Positions 17,020 to 26,845 of a stretch of DNA of 45,377 nucleotides are shown here, piece by piece. This stretch comes from Candidatus Cloacimonadota bacterium (GTDB taxonomy: Bacteria; Cloacimonadota; Cloacimonadia; Cloacimonadales; TCS61), in assembly GCA_016935235.1 (NCBI GenBank), contig JAFGRJ010000124.1, positions 1 to 45,377 on the forward strand, given 5' to 3'. The translations under genes and the position numbers were made by a program. Position 1 is the first letter of the stretch. Each line of letters opens with the position of its first letter. The notes under the pieces were generated by a model. That model did no database searches and was not told the origin of the DNA. It worked only from the letters and a program-made list of their open reading frames with translations.

Positions 17020-18277
17020 CAGGTTCTTTTTCCTGGCGGGTCATTTCTACTTTCATGATTTTGGTGCTGGTTGCCTGAACTATTTTGATTTCCCATTCGT
17101 TGATTTTAATGTTAGTATTGCGCGCCGGAATTTTGGCCAGTCTGTCAATAATCAAACCAGCAATGGTTTCGTAGTCTCCTTCTGGAAGGTTCATTTCGTA
17201 TTCATCGTTGAGAAAATCAATCTCGACAAAACCCTGCACCAGAAAAGTATTATCATCAAGTTTCTCGATCTCGCTGGTGGTGGTGTCGTATTCATCCTGG
17301 ATTTCCCCGACAATTTCCTCCAGGATGTCTTCCACTGTGACCAGTCCCGCCGTGCCCCCGAAGGAATCGACAATTATCGCTATACTGATCTTGTGGTTCT
17401 GCATCTGGCTCAGCAGTTTGTTAACATCCATTGCTTCTGGAGCGAAATAAGCTTTGCGCATGAAATCCTTGGCGGTGAGATTATTGGTGGTGGTGGTACT
17501 TTTAAGTAGGTCATAGATGATCAGAATGCCTGTTATGGAATCCAGGTCCTGGTCATAAACAGGGAACCTTGTATATCCTTCTTTCTTGGCTACTTCGATC
17601 ACCTTTTCCAGAGGCATATCCTGGGGGAGGGCAACGATTTCCGTGCGATGAATCATCACATTTTCAGCCTTCAGTTCGCTGAATTCCAGGGCTTCTTCCA
17701 GCATCTCCCGCTGATGAGCATGCAGAATACCGTCATCTTCCGTCTGGGTAAGCATGTAGGATATATCTTCCCTGCTGATGAGGTGATATCCGGGTTGATT
17801 GGGGAGTTTAAAGAGTTTCAGGAGGAAACTGTTCAGCAAGGCTACGATTTTCACAAAAGGTCGCAGCAGCAGGTGCAGCAGATTCAGAAGCGGGAAGAAG
17901 CGCGGCACAATTGTATTTGGTTTTTCCCGGCATACAGCTTTAGGGATTATTTCTGCGAAAATAAGCAGGATCCCGGCCAGGATCAGACTACCCATTTCCT
18001 CGGAAATACCTTTCAAACCGTGTTGTCGGAGGTAATTGAGCAGGTAGATGCTCAGTGATGAGACAATGACTACGGATATATTTGTTCCGAATAAAGTGGT
18101 ACCGAATAACCGGTCAGGATTCTCCAGGAAGTTCAGAATCTGTTTCTTTTTACCACTGTCCTTGGCATCCTGTTCCAGTTTTAACCTGTCGACGGAAATC
18201 AGTCCCGTTTCCATTCCGGAGAAAAAACCAGCCAGAAGGAAAAAAATAACAATAATAAAAATCGAAACGATAATCAT
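17006..18277 (-). CDS. CNNM/HlyC/CorC family transporter (DUF21-CBS-CBS-CorC)
   Basis: FFSGMETG, FAEIIPK, YTRFPVY, VDSFGGTAGLVTVEDILEEIVGEIQDEYD, YETIAG. Confidence 0.93.
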   Translation of the reverse strand: MIIVSIFIIVIFFLLAGFFSGMETGLISVDRLKLEQDAKDSGKKKQILNFLENPDRLFGTTLFGTNISVVIVSSLSIYLLNYLRQHGLKGISEEMGSLILAGILLIFAEIIPKAVCREKPNTIVPRFFPLLNLLHLLLRPFVKIVALLNSFLLKLFKLPNQPGYHLISREDISYMLTQTEDDGILHAHQREMLEEALEFSELKAENVMIHRTEIVALPQDMPLEKVIEVAKKEGYTRFPVYDQDLDSITGILIIYDLLKSTTTTNNLTAKDFMRKAYFAPEAMDVNKLLSQMQNHKISIAIIVDSFGGTAGLVTVEDILEEIVGEIQDEYDTTTSEIEKLDDNTFLVQGFVEIDFLNDEYEMNLPEGDYETIAGLIIDRLAKIPARNTNIKINEWEIKIVQATSTKIMKVEMTRQEKEPDATA

Positions 18278-19345
18278 TCAGTTATTGACTTTCTCGTTCT
18301 TATAAGCTAATTTCACTGCCTCGATGAATTCATCGATTTCACCGGCAAGAATGGAATTAAGTTTATACGATGTCAAATTTATTCTGTGATCGGTAACGCG
18401 GGATTGCGGGAAATTGTAGGTCCTGATCTTGGCGCTGCGGTCACCTGTACCAACCTGTGCCCGGCGGGAACGGGCAATCTCGGCTTCTTTCCTGGAAATC
18501 TCGATATCCAGAAGTCTGGAGCGCAAAACCTTGAGGGCTTTGTTTTTATTCTTTAACTGTGATTTCTCATCCTGGCATGTTACTACCAGCCCGGAAGGAA
18601 GGTGGGTTATCCGTACCGCGGAATCAGTTGTATTAACACTCTGGCCACCATGTCCGGTAGAACGGTAGACATCTATTTTCAGGTCCTTCTCATCGATCTC
18701 CACCTCAACTTCGTCTGCTTCCGGCAGAACTGCAACGCTGACGGCGGAAGTGTGAATACGTCCCTGGGATTCGGTTTCCGGAACTCTTTGTACGCGATGC
18801 ACTCCACTTTCAAAGCGCATGGTGCCATATACGTTTTCTCCTGTGAGTGAAAAAATAATTTCCTTGAATCCTCCCACTCCTGTGGGATTGGATGATATAA
18901 CCGTAAGACGCCAGCCCTTCTTTTCAGCGAAGTAGGAATACATCCGGTAAAGGTCGGAAACGAACAGTGCTGCTTCCTCTCCTCCTGTACCAGCACGGAT
19001 CTCCATGATTACGTCCTTTTCGTCATTGGGGTCTCTGGGAAGAAGCAACCCCTTCAGTTTCTCCGTCGCTTCGTTCAGAGTATCCCGAAGTTCACGAATC
19101 TCTTCCTCCGCCAGGTCGATCAATTCCTGATCCTCTTCGGTCTTGATCAGCTTCAGATTATCTTCTATTCTGGAATTTATTTCAGAAATTCCTTCATAGC
19201 ATTTGAGAATTTCTTCCAGTTCCCTGAAACGGCGACTTATTCTGCGATAATAACGCTGATCGGCTATATTGGCCGGATTGCAGATCTTTTCACGCAATTG
19301 ATCGTATTCCAATTGCATGTCATTTATTTTCTTGATGTTAATCAT
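18278..19345 (-). CDS. prfA: Peptide chain release factor 1
   Basis: [14 protein letters not shown] tripeptide (RVPETES), GGQ motif, [16 protein letters not shown]. Confidence 0.98.
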   Translation of the reverse strand: MINIKKINDMQLEYDQLREKICNPANIADQRYYRRISRRFRELEEILKCYEGISEINSRIEDNLKLIKTEEDQELIDLAEEEIRELRDTLNEATEKLKGLLLPRDPNDEKDVIMEIRAGTGGEEAALFVSDLYRMYSYFAEKKGWRLTVISSNPTGVGGFKEIIFSLTGENVYGTMRFESGVHRVQRVPETESQGRIHTSAVSVAVLPEADEVEVEIDEKDLKIDVYRSTGHGGQSVNTTDSAVRITHLPSGLVVTCQDEKSQLKNKNKALKVLRSRLLDIEISRKEAEIARSRRAQVGTGDRSAKIRTYNFPQSRVTDHRINLTSYKLNSILAGEIDEFIEAVKLAYKNEKVNN

Positions 19346-19350
19346 AGGAA

Positions 19351-20298
19351 TTAAAGATACTTGATCTTCTCCTGTGCTGCGGGTTCTATCTCAAGGGCGC
19401 ATTGCATAGCTATTACAGCCACTTCGACCTGCTTGTCATCAGGAGGTTGAGTGGTTATTTTCTGCAGGATAAGACCTGGTGCAGTGATAACCTTGACCAG
19501 AGGATGGTTGATATTACGGGAAGAAAGTTTTAACAATTCATAAGATAAGCCCGAGATCAGCGGTATCAGTAGAAGGTGATATCCCAGCCTGACGAATACC
19601 TGCGGATATCCCCAGAAAGCAGTTACCAGGGTGTCAACTATGGAGAATACAGCAATCGAGATAAGCAATACCAGAAAAATGAAACTGGTTCCGCAACGGG
19701 GATGCCTGGTCGTGAATCTCTGGATCTCTCCGGGAACAAGCCTGCAACCATTCTCATAAGCGTACACTGATTTATGTTCTGCTCCATGGTACTGGAAGAT
19801 TCTATTGATATCCTTAAGCTTGCTGATCAGCCAGATATATACAATGAAGAAGATGATACGGATTGATCCAGCCAGCAGATTGAAATAAAGGTTCCCTTTG
19901 CTCAACCGTAACCACTCGGTTAACTGGTAGGGAAGATAGGCAAAAAGGAGAAAAGCCAGTCCGAAAGCCAGCACGAAACTGAGGATTTCCTGGAATTTTT
20001 CCCTGCTGTCAGATTTTTTTATCTGCCTGTTTTTATCCTCGTTATCCATTTCATAGCGGGATACTGAAAAACTGAGGCTTTTGAAACCGATAATAAGCAT
20101 TTCCACAAGGGAAACAAATCCTCTGATCACCGGTAGAGCCAATATTCGCTTTTTCCTGGTAATGCTCTGGAATTTCTCCCGATGAACTTCTATCGTATCA
20201 TCCTTCCGCCTTACAGCAGTGGCTATGTAGTCAGGACCACGCATCATCACTCCCTCGATTACTGCCTGTCCCCCGATCTGAATTTCTTTCTTACTCAT
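19351..20298 (-). CDS. DUF1385 domain membrane protein
   Basis: [37 protein letters not shown]. Typical position between rpmE and prfA. Confidence 0.93.
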   Translation of the reverse strand: MSKKEIQIGGQAVIEGVMMRGPDYIATAVRRKDDTIEVHREKFQSITRKKRILALPVIRGFVSLVEMLIIGFKSLSFSVSRYEMDNEDKNRQIKKSDSREKFQEILSFVLAFGLAFLLFAYLPYQLTEWLRLSKGNLYFNLLAGSIRIIFFIVYIWLISKLKDINRIFQYHGAEHKSVYAYENGCRLVPGEIQRFTTRHPRCGTSFIFLVLLISIAVFSIVDTLVTAFWGYPQVFVRLGYHLLLIPLISGLSYELLKLSSRNINHPLVKVITAPGLILQKITTQPPDDKQVEVAVIAMQCALEIEPAAQEKIKYL

Positions 20299-20309
20299 AA
20301 TGTCTTCTT

Positions 20310-20351
20310 AAAAAAAACGCACCACAAACCATATTGATGATTTTGTGGTGC
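20310..20351 (-). terminator. Rho-independent terminator after rpmE
   Basis: Minus strand reads GCACCACAAA...TTTGTGGTGC (10-bp stem) followed by G and T8. Confidence 0.75.
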
Positions 20352-20367
20352 AAAAAGGTTTAAGATA

Positions 20368-20577
20368 CTAGTTATCGTTTTCTACACTGTATTTTTTATG
20401 GAATTTCTCTACCCGCCCAGCTTTGGCAACAGCTCTCTGTTTTCCTGTATAGAAAGGGTGGCACTCGGAACAAATCTCAACTTTCAGTTCGGAACTGGTG
20501 GATCTGGTTTCGAAAGTATTCCCGCAGGCACAGGTTACCTTAACTTTCTCATATTTGGGATGAATACCCTTTTTCAT
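20368..20577 (-). CDS. rpmE: 50S ribosomal protein L31 (Zn-binding C+ form)
   Basis: [30 protein letters not shown]. Confidence 0.98.
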   Translation of the reverse strand: MKKGIHPKYEKVKVTCACGNTFETRSTSSELKVEICSECHPFYTGKQRAVAKAGRVEKFHKKYSVENDN

Positions 20578-20619
20578 TTCATTTCTCCTGATTTTTACAA
20601 TTCATTAACAGCTTGATGC

Positions 20620-20648
20620 AGTTTTTTTTCTGCCATGCATACTGTCAA
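20620..20648 (-). promoter_or_regulatory. Putative rpmE promoter TTGACA-N17-AAAACT
   Basis: Perfect -35 at 20648-20643 with a weak -10. Confidence 0.45.
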
Positions 20649-20668
20649 TTATTTTGTAGATTCCGGGA

Positions 20669-21220
20669 TTATCTTATTAACATGGGATTACTTACTTTTT
20701 CTGCCATCTGTTTCCCGAAAAGAAGCTCGATCAGGGTAACAGCAAATTCCAGAACAGTGCCTGGACCGCGACTGGTTATGCAATTTCCGTCTACCACGAC
20801 CCTGTCGGCAATCAGGTCAGCATCGATCAATTTATCTGTCAGAGCAGGATGGACCGTAGCCTTCTTCCCCCTGAGTAAACCATGATGCTGCAGGACAACA
20901 ACCGGAGAAGCGCATATAGCAGCGTACAGCCGGTTGGACTTAGCCTGTTCCCGCAACAGCCTGGTCAAAGGTTCCGAATCCCGTAAATATTCTGCACCAG
21001 GCATTCCTCCGGGTAGAGCGATAAGGTCATATTTTTCCCCGAGACAGTCTGTCAGTTTCCTGTCTGCGGTTATCTTCAGGCCCCGGGAGGCAGTTATCTG
21101 CAGGCCCTGGACTGAAGCAATTGTCACTTCCGCCCCGGCCCGGCGTAATGTGTCTACTATGCCGACGATTTCAATATCCTCGGAACCATTGGCAACCGGG
21201 ACAAGCACTTTTTTTCTCAT
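20669..21220 (-). CDS. DJ-1/YajL/ThiJ family protein
   Basis: GSEDIE...DTLRRAG, LPGGMPGA, AICASP, TSRGPGT. Start at ATG 21220 after GGAGG. Confidence 0.93.
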   Translation of the reverse strand: MRKKVLVPVANGSEDIEIVGIVDTLRRAGAEVTIASVQGLQITASRGLKITADRKLTDCLGEKYDLIALPGGMPGAEYLRDSEPLTRLLREQAKSNRLYAAICASPVVVLQHHGLLRGKKATVHPALTDKLIDADLIADRVVVDGNCITSRGPGTVLEFAVTLIELLFGKQMAEKVSNPMLIR

Positions 21221-21416
21221 CAGTACCCTCCTCACTGAAACTGCCTGAAAATACGGGCAGGCAGTCTGATAAAATAACATTTTTCGAAAGGAATACCAGG
21301 ATTAAAGAAAGAAACAATCTATTTCATCGAGTTTTTATTATGCTCATGTCTGAGGTGATTAATGTAACTGACAGACTGTCCCTGCATGGCTGGGGATGTT
21401 GCTACTCCAGAGGTTA

Positions 21417-22490
21417 TCATTCATCCAGGTCAATCAGCCGGTAGGATTTGTTTCCCAGGTTGATCTTGCTGGCATATTCGATCTGATTTTTCCCACTGAC
21501 GGAATTCACCTGCAGAAAGGTGTCATCACTCTTGTAATGTTTATCAACAAGGTCATGGCTGGCTTTTTCAATGGCAACGATGTCGGTTGATGCCAGAATG
21601 CATATATCTTCCATGAAGGGGGGGCGGGAGCGGCTGCTGCAGTCACAGTGAGTTGTGATATTTGCCAGTACGTTTATATAGACAGTATTGTAGTTATCAG
21701 ACACTCCTTTGGCATATTCCACCAGCCTCTCCAGGAATACACTGCGGGAAGTGCTGTTCCAGGGGACACCGAAAGCTCGCACCGGGCATATACCTATACA
21801 GGTTCCGCAGCCGATGCACTTATCAGGATCTATGACCAGGGGGTTAAGAGAGATGGCATTTCCGGGGCACTGGTCGACACAGATACCACACAGGATACAA
21901 GCATCGGGATTATAGACGGGGATAGTGGAAGCGTGCAAAGCCATTTTCCCGGCGATTGAAGCCAGCCCCATGGAGGTATTCTTGATGGCACCCCCGAATC
22001 CGCTCAACCCGTGACCCTTGAAATGAGAAAAAATTATGAAACTGTCATAATCATCCATGTGACTGCCTACTTTGATCTCGTGGTAGTGGTTCAGGTTGAC
22101 CGGAATAACCTTTTCTCCTTCAGAATCGAGGATGTCAATAGGAGCAAAATCAAAACCATGATCAATGGCCAGCTTGATATGACTATCAGTATACCTTCTT
22201 TTTCCTACATAGAGGACATTAGTCTCCACCAGAGTAGCATCCAGTTTCAGCACCAGGTCCTTCACCAGTTCCGGTTTCAGATAGGTCTCATTCCCTTCCT
22301 CTCCGAAATGCACCTTTATGGCAACCTTGCCCGTAACTTCTGCAGATATTTTCTCAAATACCTTCAGTACGCCCTCAGGAGAAATATCACTGGTAAAAAA
22401 TACTTCCGCGGGTTCAGGTTTTTCCACTCCGATAAGCAGCAGAAAAAACAGCACACAAATGATCATAACAACAATAGTAAGATTCTTCAT
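21417..22490 (-). CDS. DUF362 domain Fe-S protein with N-terminal signal/anchor
   Basis: KVHFGEEGN, SHFKGH...FGGAIKN, two CxxCxxCxxxCP motifs, CDC, and a hydrophobic N-terminus. Confidence 0.88.
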   Translation of the reverse strand: MKNLTIVVMIICVLFFLLLIGVEKPEPAEVFFTSDISPEGVLKVFEKISAEVTGKVAIKVHFGEEGNETYLKPELVKDLVLKLDATLVETNVLYVGKRRYTDSHIKLAIDHGFDFAPIDILDSEGEKVIPVNLNHYHEIKVGSHMDDYDSFIIFSHFKGHGLSGFGGAIKNTSMGLASIAGKMALHASTIPVYNPDACILCGICVDQCPGNAISLNPLVIDPDKCIGCGTCIGICPVRAFGVPWNSTSRSVFLERLVEYAKGVSDNYNTVYINVLANITTHCDCSSRSRPPFMEDICILASTDIVAIEKASHDLVDKHYKSDDTFLQVNSVSGKNQIEYASKINLGNKSYRLIDLDE

Positions 22491-22553
22491 ATTGTCTCTC
22501 TTACCTTTTTAACAAAGATATAAGGTATTACCTCGGGAATTTTCTGTTCTCCA

Positions 22554-22886
22554 TCAAGGCTGGGAAAATTCCTCCTCAAGCCGGGTGAGTTTAAAAATCA
22601 CGGGGCGGAAACCGTCAGTGCAACAGGTAAGGGCAGTACCCTTCTCCTTCATCCATTCCAGATCCCCTCCGCTCATCACTGCAACCAGTTCCCGGTGAAT
22701 ATCCACCCATGCCCAGGCACAGAATCCGGGAGGCATGGTGTTGGCATTTTCCACCAGGAATTGCTGTCCCTCGTTGAATAGCTCGCAGGGTCCAAAACCC
22801 CTGTTCCGGTAATTGTCATTGAGGTAAAGTTCGATGAGATCAGGAGAAATTGTGCGTTTGACCACTGTGATCAGGCATTTATGCAT
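22554..22886 (-). CDS. TIGR04076 family small Cys-rich protein
   Basis: ITVVKR, PC..F.EGQ.F, FCAWAW.DI, CCTDGFRPVIFKL.R. Confidence 0.88.
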   Translation of the reverse strand: MHKCLITVVKRTISPDLIELYLNDNYRNRGFGPCELFNEGQQFLVENANTMPPGFCAWAWVDIHRELVAVMSGGDLEWMKEKGTALTCCTDGFRPVIFKLTRLEEEFSQP

Positions 22887-23607
22887 GCAATTTCCTCTTC
22901 CAGTTGATTATGCTGCGGATATTGGTGTTAATGCGGCGAACAATCTGCAGGCGCATCCTGCTTTCTTCCTGCAGTGCTGTAGATATGTTTTTCTGGAGAG
23001 CAGCCCAGAGCAGGGCTATCAGGAGCAGTAATCCAGCAGAGGAATATATTTCCACGAAGCAGAGGAAATTGAACAGGGCATGAGAAATAATGGCGAGGAT
23101 GAGTCCAGTCAGGATTATGCCTTTCTTTTTATCAGAGGGAAGAAATTTTACTTTACCCAGGGCGTGACCCCAGAAGCCAGAGAACAGGGCGTGACCGGGT
23201 ACAGAAAGCAGGGAGCGGATCAGTACCACGTTGGAAAGGAGTTGCCTGGACACTTCGCTTACCCGGTACAGGTAGATGACATTTTCCAGTGAGGCAAAGC
23301 CCAGGGCAACAGCTGCTGCATAGATAATGCCATCCACTGGTTCATCGAAAGCCGGGTTGCTGAATAATCCTATCCTCACTGCCAGATATTTGGCGCTTTC
23401 TTCCAGAACGGGAGCGATAATCACTGCTCCCAGCAGATAGTTGAGTTTTAAAGGTAACTGGATAATGATAACGAGCAGAGCGGTCAGAATGCCCAGGAAA
23501 TAGGCTTTTATCAGCAATTTCTGCGGTTCTGGACGTAATTTGTCTTTTCGGATAAAATAAAGCAGCCAGTATATTCCGGGAGCAAAACCAAGGATCAGGT
23601 AGAACAT
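22879..23607 (-). CDS. PrsW family intramembrane glutamic protease
   Basis: DK..PEP, APVLEESAK, DGIIYA, LGFASLEN, PGHALFS, HALFN and multiple TM segments. Confidence 0.92.
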   Translation of the reverse strand: MFYLILGFAPGIYWLLYFIRKDKLRPEPQKLLIKAYFLGILTALLVIIIQLPLKLNYLLGAVIIAPVLEESAKYLAVRIGLFSNPAFDEPVDGIIYAAAVALGFASLENVIYLYRVSEVSRQLLSNVVLIRSLLSVPGHALFSGFWGHALGKVKFLPSDKKKGIILTGLILAIISHALFNFLCFVEIYSSAGLLLLIALLWAALQKNISTALQEESRMRLQIVRRINTNIRSIINWKRKLHA

Positions 23608-23610
23608 TCT

Positions 23611-23889
23611 TTACTCTCTGCTGAGATAGTAATTCTTACCAATGGCGCGTTTTATATCCAGTATCGTTTCATTGTCACGGAACATGTATTCTTCCAGCAG
23701 CAGATATTCCTCGTTATCGATTCTGCCATGATATCTGAACTGAAGCTCCTTCCAGTGGTGCTGATTCTGGATGTGTTCTGTATCGAGAACAAAATACTCC
23801 TTACAGATATCGCCCTCGATATTATCCAGTCGACAGGGGAATCTTTTTTTACTGGCGAGAATTTTTCTTATTACTTCCTGATCTGTCAT
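23611..23889 (-). CDS. Hypothetical protein (92 aa)
   Basis: Co-oriented, 41-bp overlap with the upstream gene and ends 3 nt before the PrsW start. No family recognised. Confidence 0.7.
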   Translation of the reverse strand: MTDQEVIRKILASKKRFPCRLDNIEGDICKEYFVLDTEHIQNQHHWKELQFRYHGRIDNEEYLLLEEYMFRDNETILDIKRAIGKNYYLSRE

Positions 23890-25144
23890 TCTCGTATTGA
23901 TGGATTAATTCCTCAGCAGTCTGCCAGCCGTGAGCTGTGGCATAGATGATGGAACGGGTGTGGCCGGAGCAGTCCCCGCTGAAGTAAAGATGCGGGATTT
24001 TCTGGTTACAGAGGCGGTTGGAGTAGAATTTAACTTCCGGAGCATAAACCAGATTATCATCATTGGCGATTCCGGGTATAACTGATTTCAGGTTTTCAAT
24101 GAAATCGATGATACTCTCGATAATCCTTCTGGGGAAAGCCAGATTTATATCGCCGAGAATATACTGGTTTTCCGGCAAGGTCGGCTGTACACGGTAAAGG
24201 TTCTTTGTTCGTTTGGAACTTTTGAAATTGGCATAGGTCTGTAGAATAACTTTGTCCTTGCCAGCCAGGATATTGCTCAGCTTGGCAATATAGGAGCCGT
24301 ATCCGATCGGATCATTGAAAGGTTGGGTCAGCTGGATAGTGGTAAGAACAGCGAAATTCGTATTATTGCTTTTTTCTTTGATTTTGGAATGACCATTCAC
24401 TGTAACGAAATCCTCGTAATGTTCTGTCACTACATAACCGGAAGGGTTATTGCAGAAGGTTCTCACCATATATCCGGTCCTGCTTTTATAGCGCACCTTG
24501 AATTCATACATTTCCTGGTTCAGGTCTGCTACGATATGGTCGGGGAGCTCATATCTTATCCCAAGGTCAACTTTGGTGTTGTCGGTTATCACTTCGGGGA
24601 AACGGGTGATAATTTTTTTAACCAGGTTATGTCCGCTGCGCCCTACAGACACGATCACCTGATCGAAGGCAAATTCCTGGTCAATGATGACCTTGTTTGC
24701 TTTGATAGCTATTTCTTGAACCGGGTGGTTGAAATGGAAATGAATGGCGGGATTACTGCTGTATTCCTTGTAAATGTTGAGCAACACTTCTTTGAGTTGG
24801 TCGGTGCCGATGTGATAGAAATCACTGACAACCGGTTGGAATCCTTTTTCATAGAATTTGTTATAGTATTCTTTTTTTTGGAAGGAGCTGCCTGTTTCGT
24901 ATTTTTTTTCTTCTGTCTTGCTTATATAGAAATCCACAAGTTTTTTCTGCAGTTCAAGATCGAGATCCAGATCACCGCCCATATCACGTGAAACGAACAG
25001 CTTGCCATCTGCCCTGATTCCCGAGATGCTGGAAGAAAAAATATCCTTGCTTTTCTCGAATATGTGTATTTCGGGTGCAATCTCCTTGATTCTCTCAACG
25101 AAACCGATGGAAGAAGCTCCAAAGCCAATAATTCCTATTTTCAT
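23849..25144 (-). CDS. FAD-dependent oxidoreductase (COG2509-like)
   Basis: IGIIGFG Rossmann start, DGKL, HIGTD, VGRSG, DLGIRYE, RTFCNNP.G.V, VNGHS, YAPEVKFYS, GDCSG.TR. Confidence 0.85.
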   Translation of the reverse strand: MKIGIIGFGASSIGFVERIKEIAPEIHIFEKSKDIFSSSISGIRADGKLFVSRDMGGDLDLDLELQKKLVDFYISKTEEKKYETGSSFQKKEYYNKFYEKGFQPVVSDFYHIGTDQLKEVLLNIYKEYSSNPAIHFHFNHPVQEIAIKANKVIIDQEFAFDQVIVSVGRSGHNLVKKIITRFPEVITDNTKVDLGIRYELPDHIVADLNQEMYEFKVRYKSRTGYMVRTFCNNPSGYVVTEHYEDFVTVNGHSKIKEKSNNTNFAVLTTIQLTQPFNDPIGYGSYIAKLSNILAGKDKVILQTYANFKSSKRTKNLYRVQPTLPENQYILGDINLAFPRRIIESIIDFIENLKSVIPGIANDDNLVYAPEVKFYSNRLCNQKIPHLYFSGDCSGHTRSIIYATAHGWQTAEELIHQYENDRSGSNKKNSRQ

Positions 25145-25173
25145 TTTATTGAATCTTTATTGGGCCCTGATGT

Positions 25174-26106
25174 TTAAAGAGATTTCAGTATTCTGGCGAC
25201 TTCTTCCACTTTGATGTTCATTTCTTTGGCGATTGCTTCGTTCTCCCAGCCGTTTTCAGCAAGCTTGGCCACCATTTTTTTCCGGAAATCCTCATCGCCA
25301 AAACCATCTGTAGAACGATAGGTTGTTTTTCTGACAGGAGTCTTGGTGGCAGGTTTTCTGTTCAGGAGAAAAATCATCAGAAAAATTATCAGGACGAGAA
25401 TCACCAGTATGATAATCCCCGTATATACATTCAGATGGGTTAATTTATCTACCAGCCGGTTGAAAATATTCCTGCTTGTCCTGGGGACATTACTCTCTGT
25501 TTTCTGTATTTGCTTTTCTGTTTCTTCGGGAGTTATAGGCTGTTCTTGCTGCTCCTTGTCATCAGTGACCTTATCTACGGCTGGCGGGGTTTTAACATCG
25601 GAAGTGCGTAATTTTTCGATAGCCTGTAAATGTTCCTTTGCTTTCTGGGTAAAACCGACCGTATTATAAAAATTTGCAAAACTCTGATGTTCGGCTATGG
25701 TTCTCGGATTACGGGTACTAAAGATGTCCAGAACCAGCTTGAACTCTTCCCGTTCCAGTTCCAGGCTTTCCAGATAGTATTTGGTTTGTTTCTTGGACAG
25801 GAAGGATTCATTCAGGGCTATAGTTATAATTAGATTATTATCATAGGGGTAGAAGGTGAAACTTTGCAGCAAGTTGCTGTCCGTCAGCTTCTGGTTCTGC
25901 ACGGATTCATTTTTGGCACAGTTTAATACCTCTATCTGTATATTGTACTGGTTCTCGATAATACTGTAGATGGGTTTCTGATCAAAGACAAGAACAGTCC
26001 GGTCAATTTCTCCGTAATCTCTATGATAGATTTTGTTGAAATTTGCAGCAGTTAAGAGGTAGAAAGAAATCAGGAACAGTAAAATAATGGTGCCACTTTT
26101 TCTCAT
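25174..26106 (-). CDS. Hypothetical bitopic membrane protein: signal peptide, AMIN-like exported domain, TM helix, cytoplasmic HTH-like tail
   Basis: N-terminal hydrophobic signal, DRTVLVFD, acidic/Pro linker, TM segment IIILVILVLIIFLMIFLL, C-terminal LAENGWENEAIAKEMNIKVEEVARIL. Confidence 0.7.
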   Translation of the reverse strand: MRKSGTIILLFLISFYLLTAANFNKIYHRDYGEIDRTVLVFDQKPIYSIIENQYNIQIEVLNCAKNESVQNQKLTDSNLLQSFTFYPYDNNLIITIALNESFLSKKQTKYYLESLELEREEFKLVLDIFSTRNPRTIAEHQSFANFYNTVGFTQKAKEHLQAIEKLRTSDVKTPPAVDKVTDDKEQQEQPITPEETEKQIQKTESNVPRTSRNIFNRLVDKLTHLNVYTGIIILVILVLIIFLMIFLLNRKPATKTPVRKTTYRSTDGFGDEDFRKKMVAKLAENGWENEAIAKEMNIKVEEVARILKSL

Positions 26107-26150
26107 AATATACTCCAGTTCAAGATTTGAACGTATGCTTATTCTCTACA

Positions 26151-26179
26151 AGAAATTGAGATAATATATCTTTTGTCAA
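26151..26179 (-). promoter_or_regulatory. Putative promoter (-35 TTGACA) for the 26106-21417 run
   Basis: TTGACA at 26179-26174 in the intergenic gap. The -10 is unclear. Confidence 0.4.
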
Positions 26180-26188
26180 TAATCCTTT

Positions 26189-26842
26189 TTACAGTCCGTT
26201 TAACCGTTTAAGCCTGGAGCGCACGAGATTGAGATTTCTCTGAAAAGTTTTGTTATCAGGGACCAGGCTTAGTGCCTGTTCCAGGTATTTATGGGCTTGC
26301 TGATAGTTTTTCAGTTTCATATGGACGTAGCCGGTATTATGAACTATATTGGGATCGAGGGGCTCATATTCCAGCGCCTTCTGCAGCTGTTCCAGTGCCT
26401 GTTGGTATTTCCTTGCTTCAAGCTCTCTCTGGGCACTGTCGGAAAGTTCCTGCGCGCGCACGTATTTTTCCCGGGCTACCACATCTTCCGCCCGTTCCAG
26501 GTATTTCGATATCATTTTGTTCTGGGGATTTTTATTGAGCAATTGCCGGTACACGGTCGCAACTTCTTTCCATTTGCGCTGTCGCAGCAGAACCTGCGCC
26601 AGGGTAAGGGACGATAGTTCATTATCTGGATATTCCTGGAATAATTTCCTCAGATATTCCTCCGCCTCCGGAAATTTCTTCAGGGCAGTAAGGGCTAGAG
26701 CCAGATTGAAGGTGTTCTCGGGGGTGGGAGCAATAAGCAGGGCTTTCCGAAATAAATGGAGAGCCCGTTCGAATTGGCCCCGGGAAAGATAGCGCTGCCC
26801 CCTGAGCTGCAGTTTCTTCCTTGCAGGGAAAAGGACGATCAT
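26189..26842 (-). CDS. Tetratricopeptide repeat protein
   Basis: Repeated A...L.KAL...P helical TPR pattern. Starts 3 nt after the rnfB stop. Confidence 0.88.
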   Translation of the reverse strand: MIVLFPARKKLQLRGQRYLSRGQFERALHLFRKALLIAPTPENTFNLALALTALKKFPEAEEYLRKLFQEYPDNELSSLTLAQVLLRQRKWKEVATVYRQLLNKNPQNKMISKYLERAEDVVAREKYVRAQELSDSAQRELEARKYQQALEQLQKALEYEPLDPNIVHNTGYVHMKLKNYQQAHKYLEQALSLVPDNKTFQRNLNLVRSRLKRLNGL

Positions 26843-26845
26843 TTC

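Noticed and set aside
24323-24991. 222-aa plus-strand ORF, and the many other 60-200 aa overlapping ORFs in the track
   Set aside because: They lie inside or opposite confidently identified genes and lack independent support.
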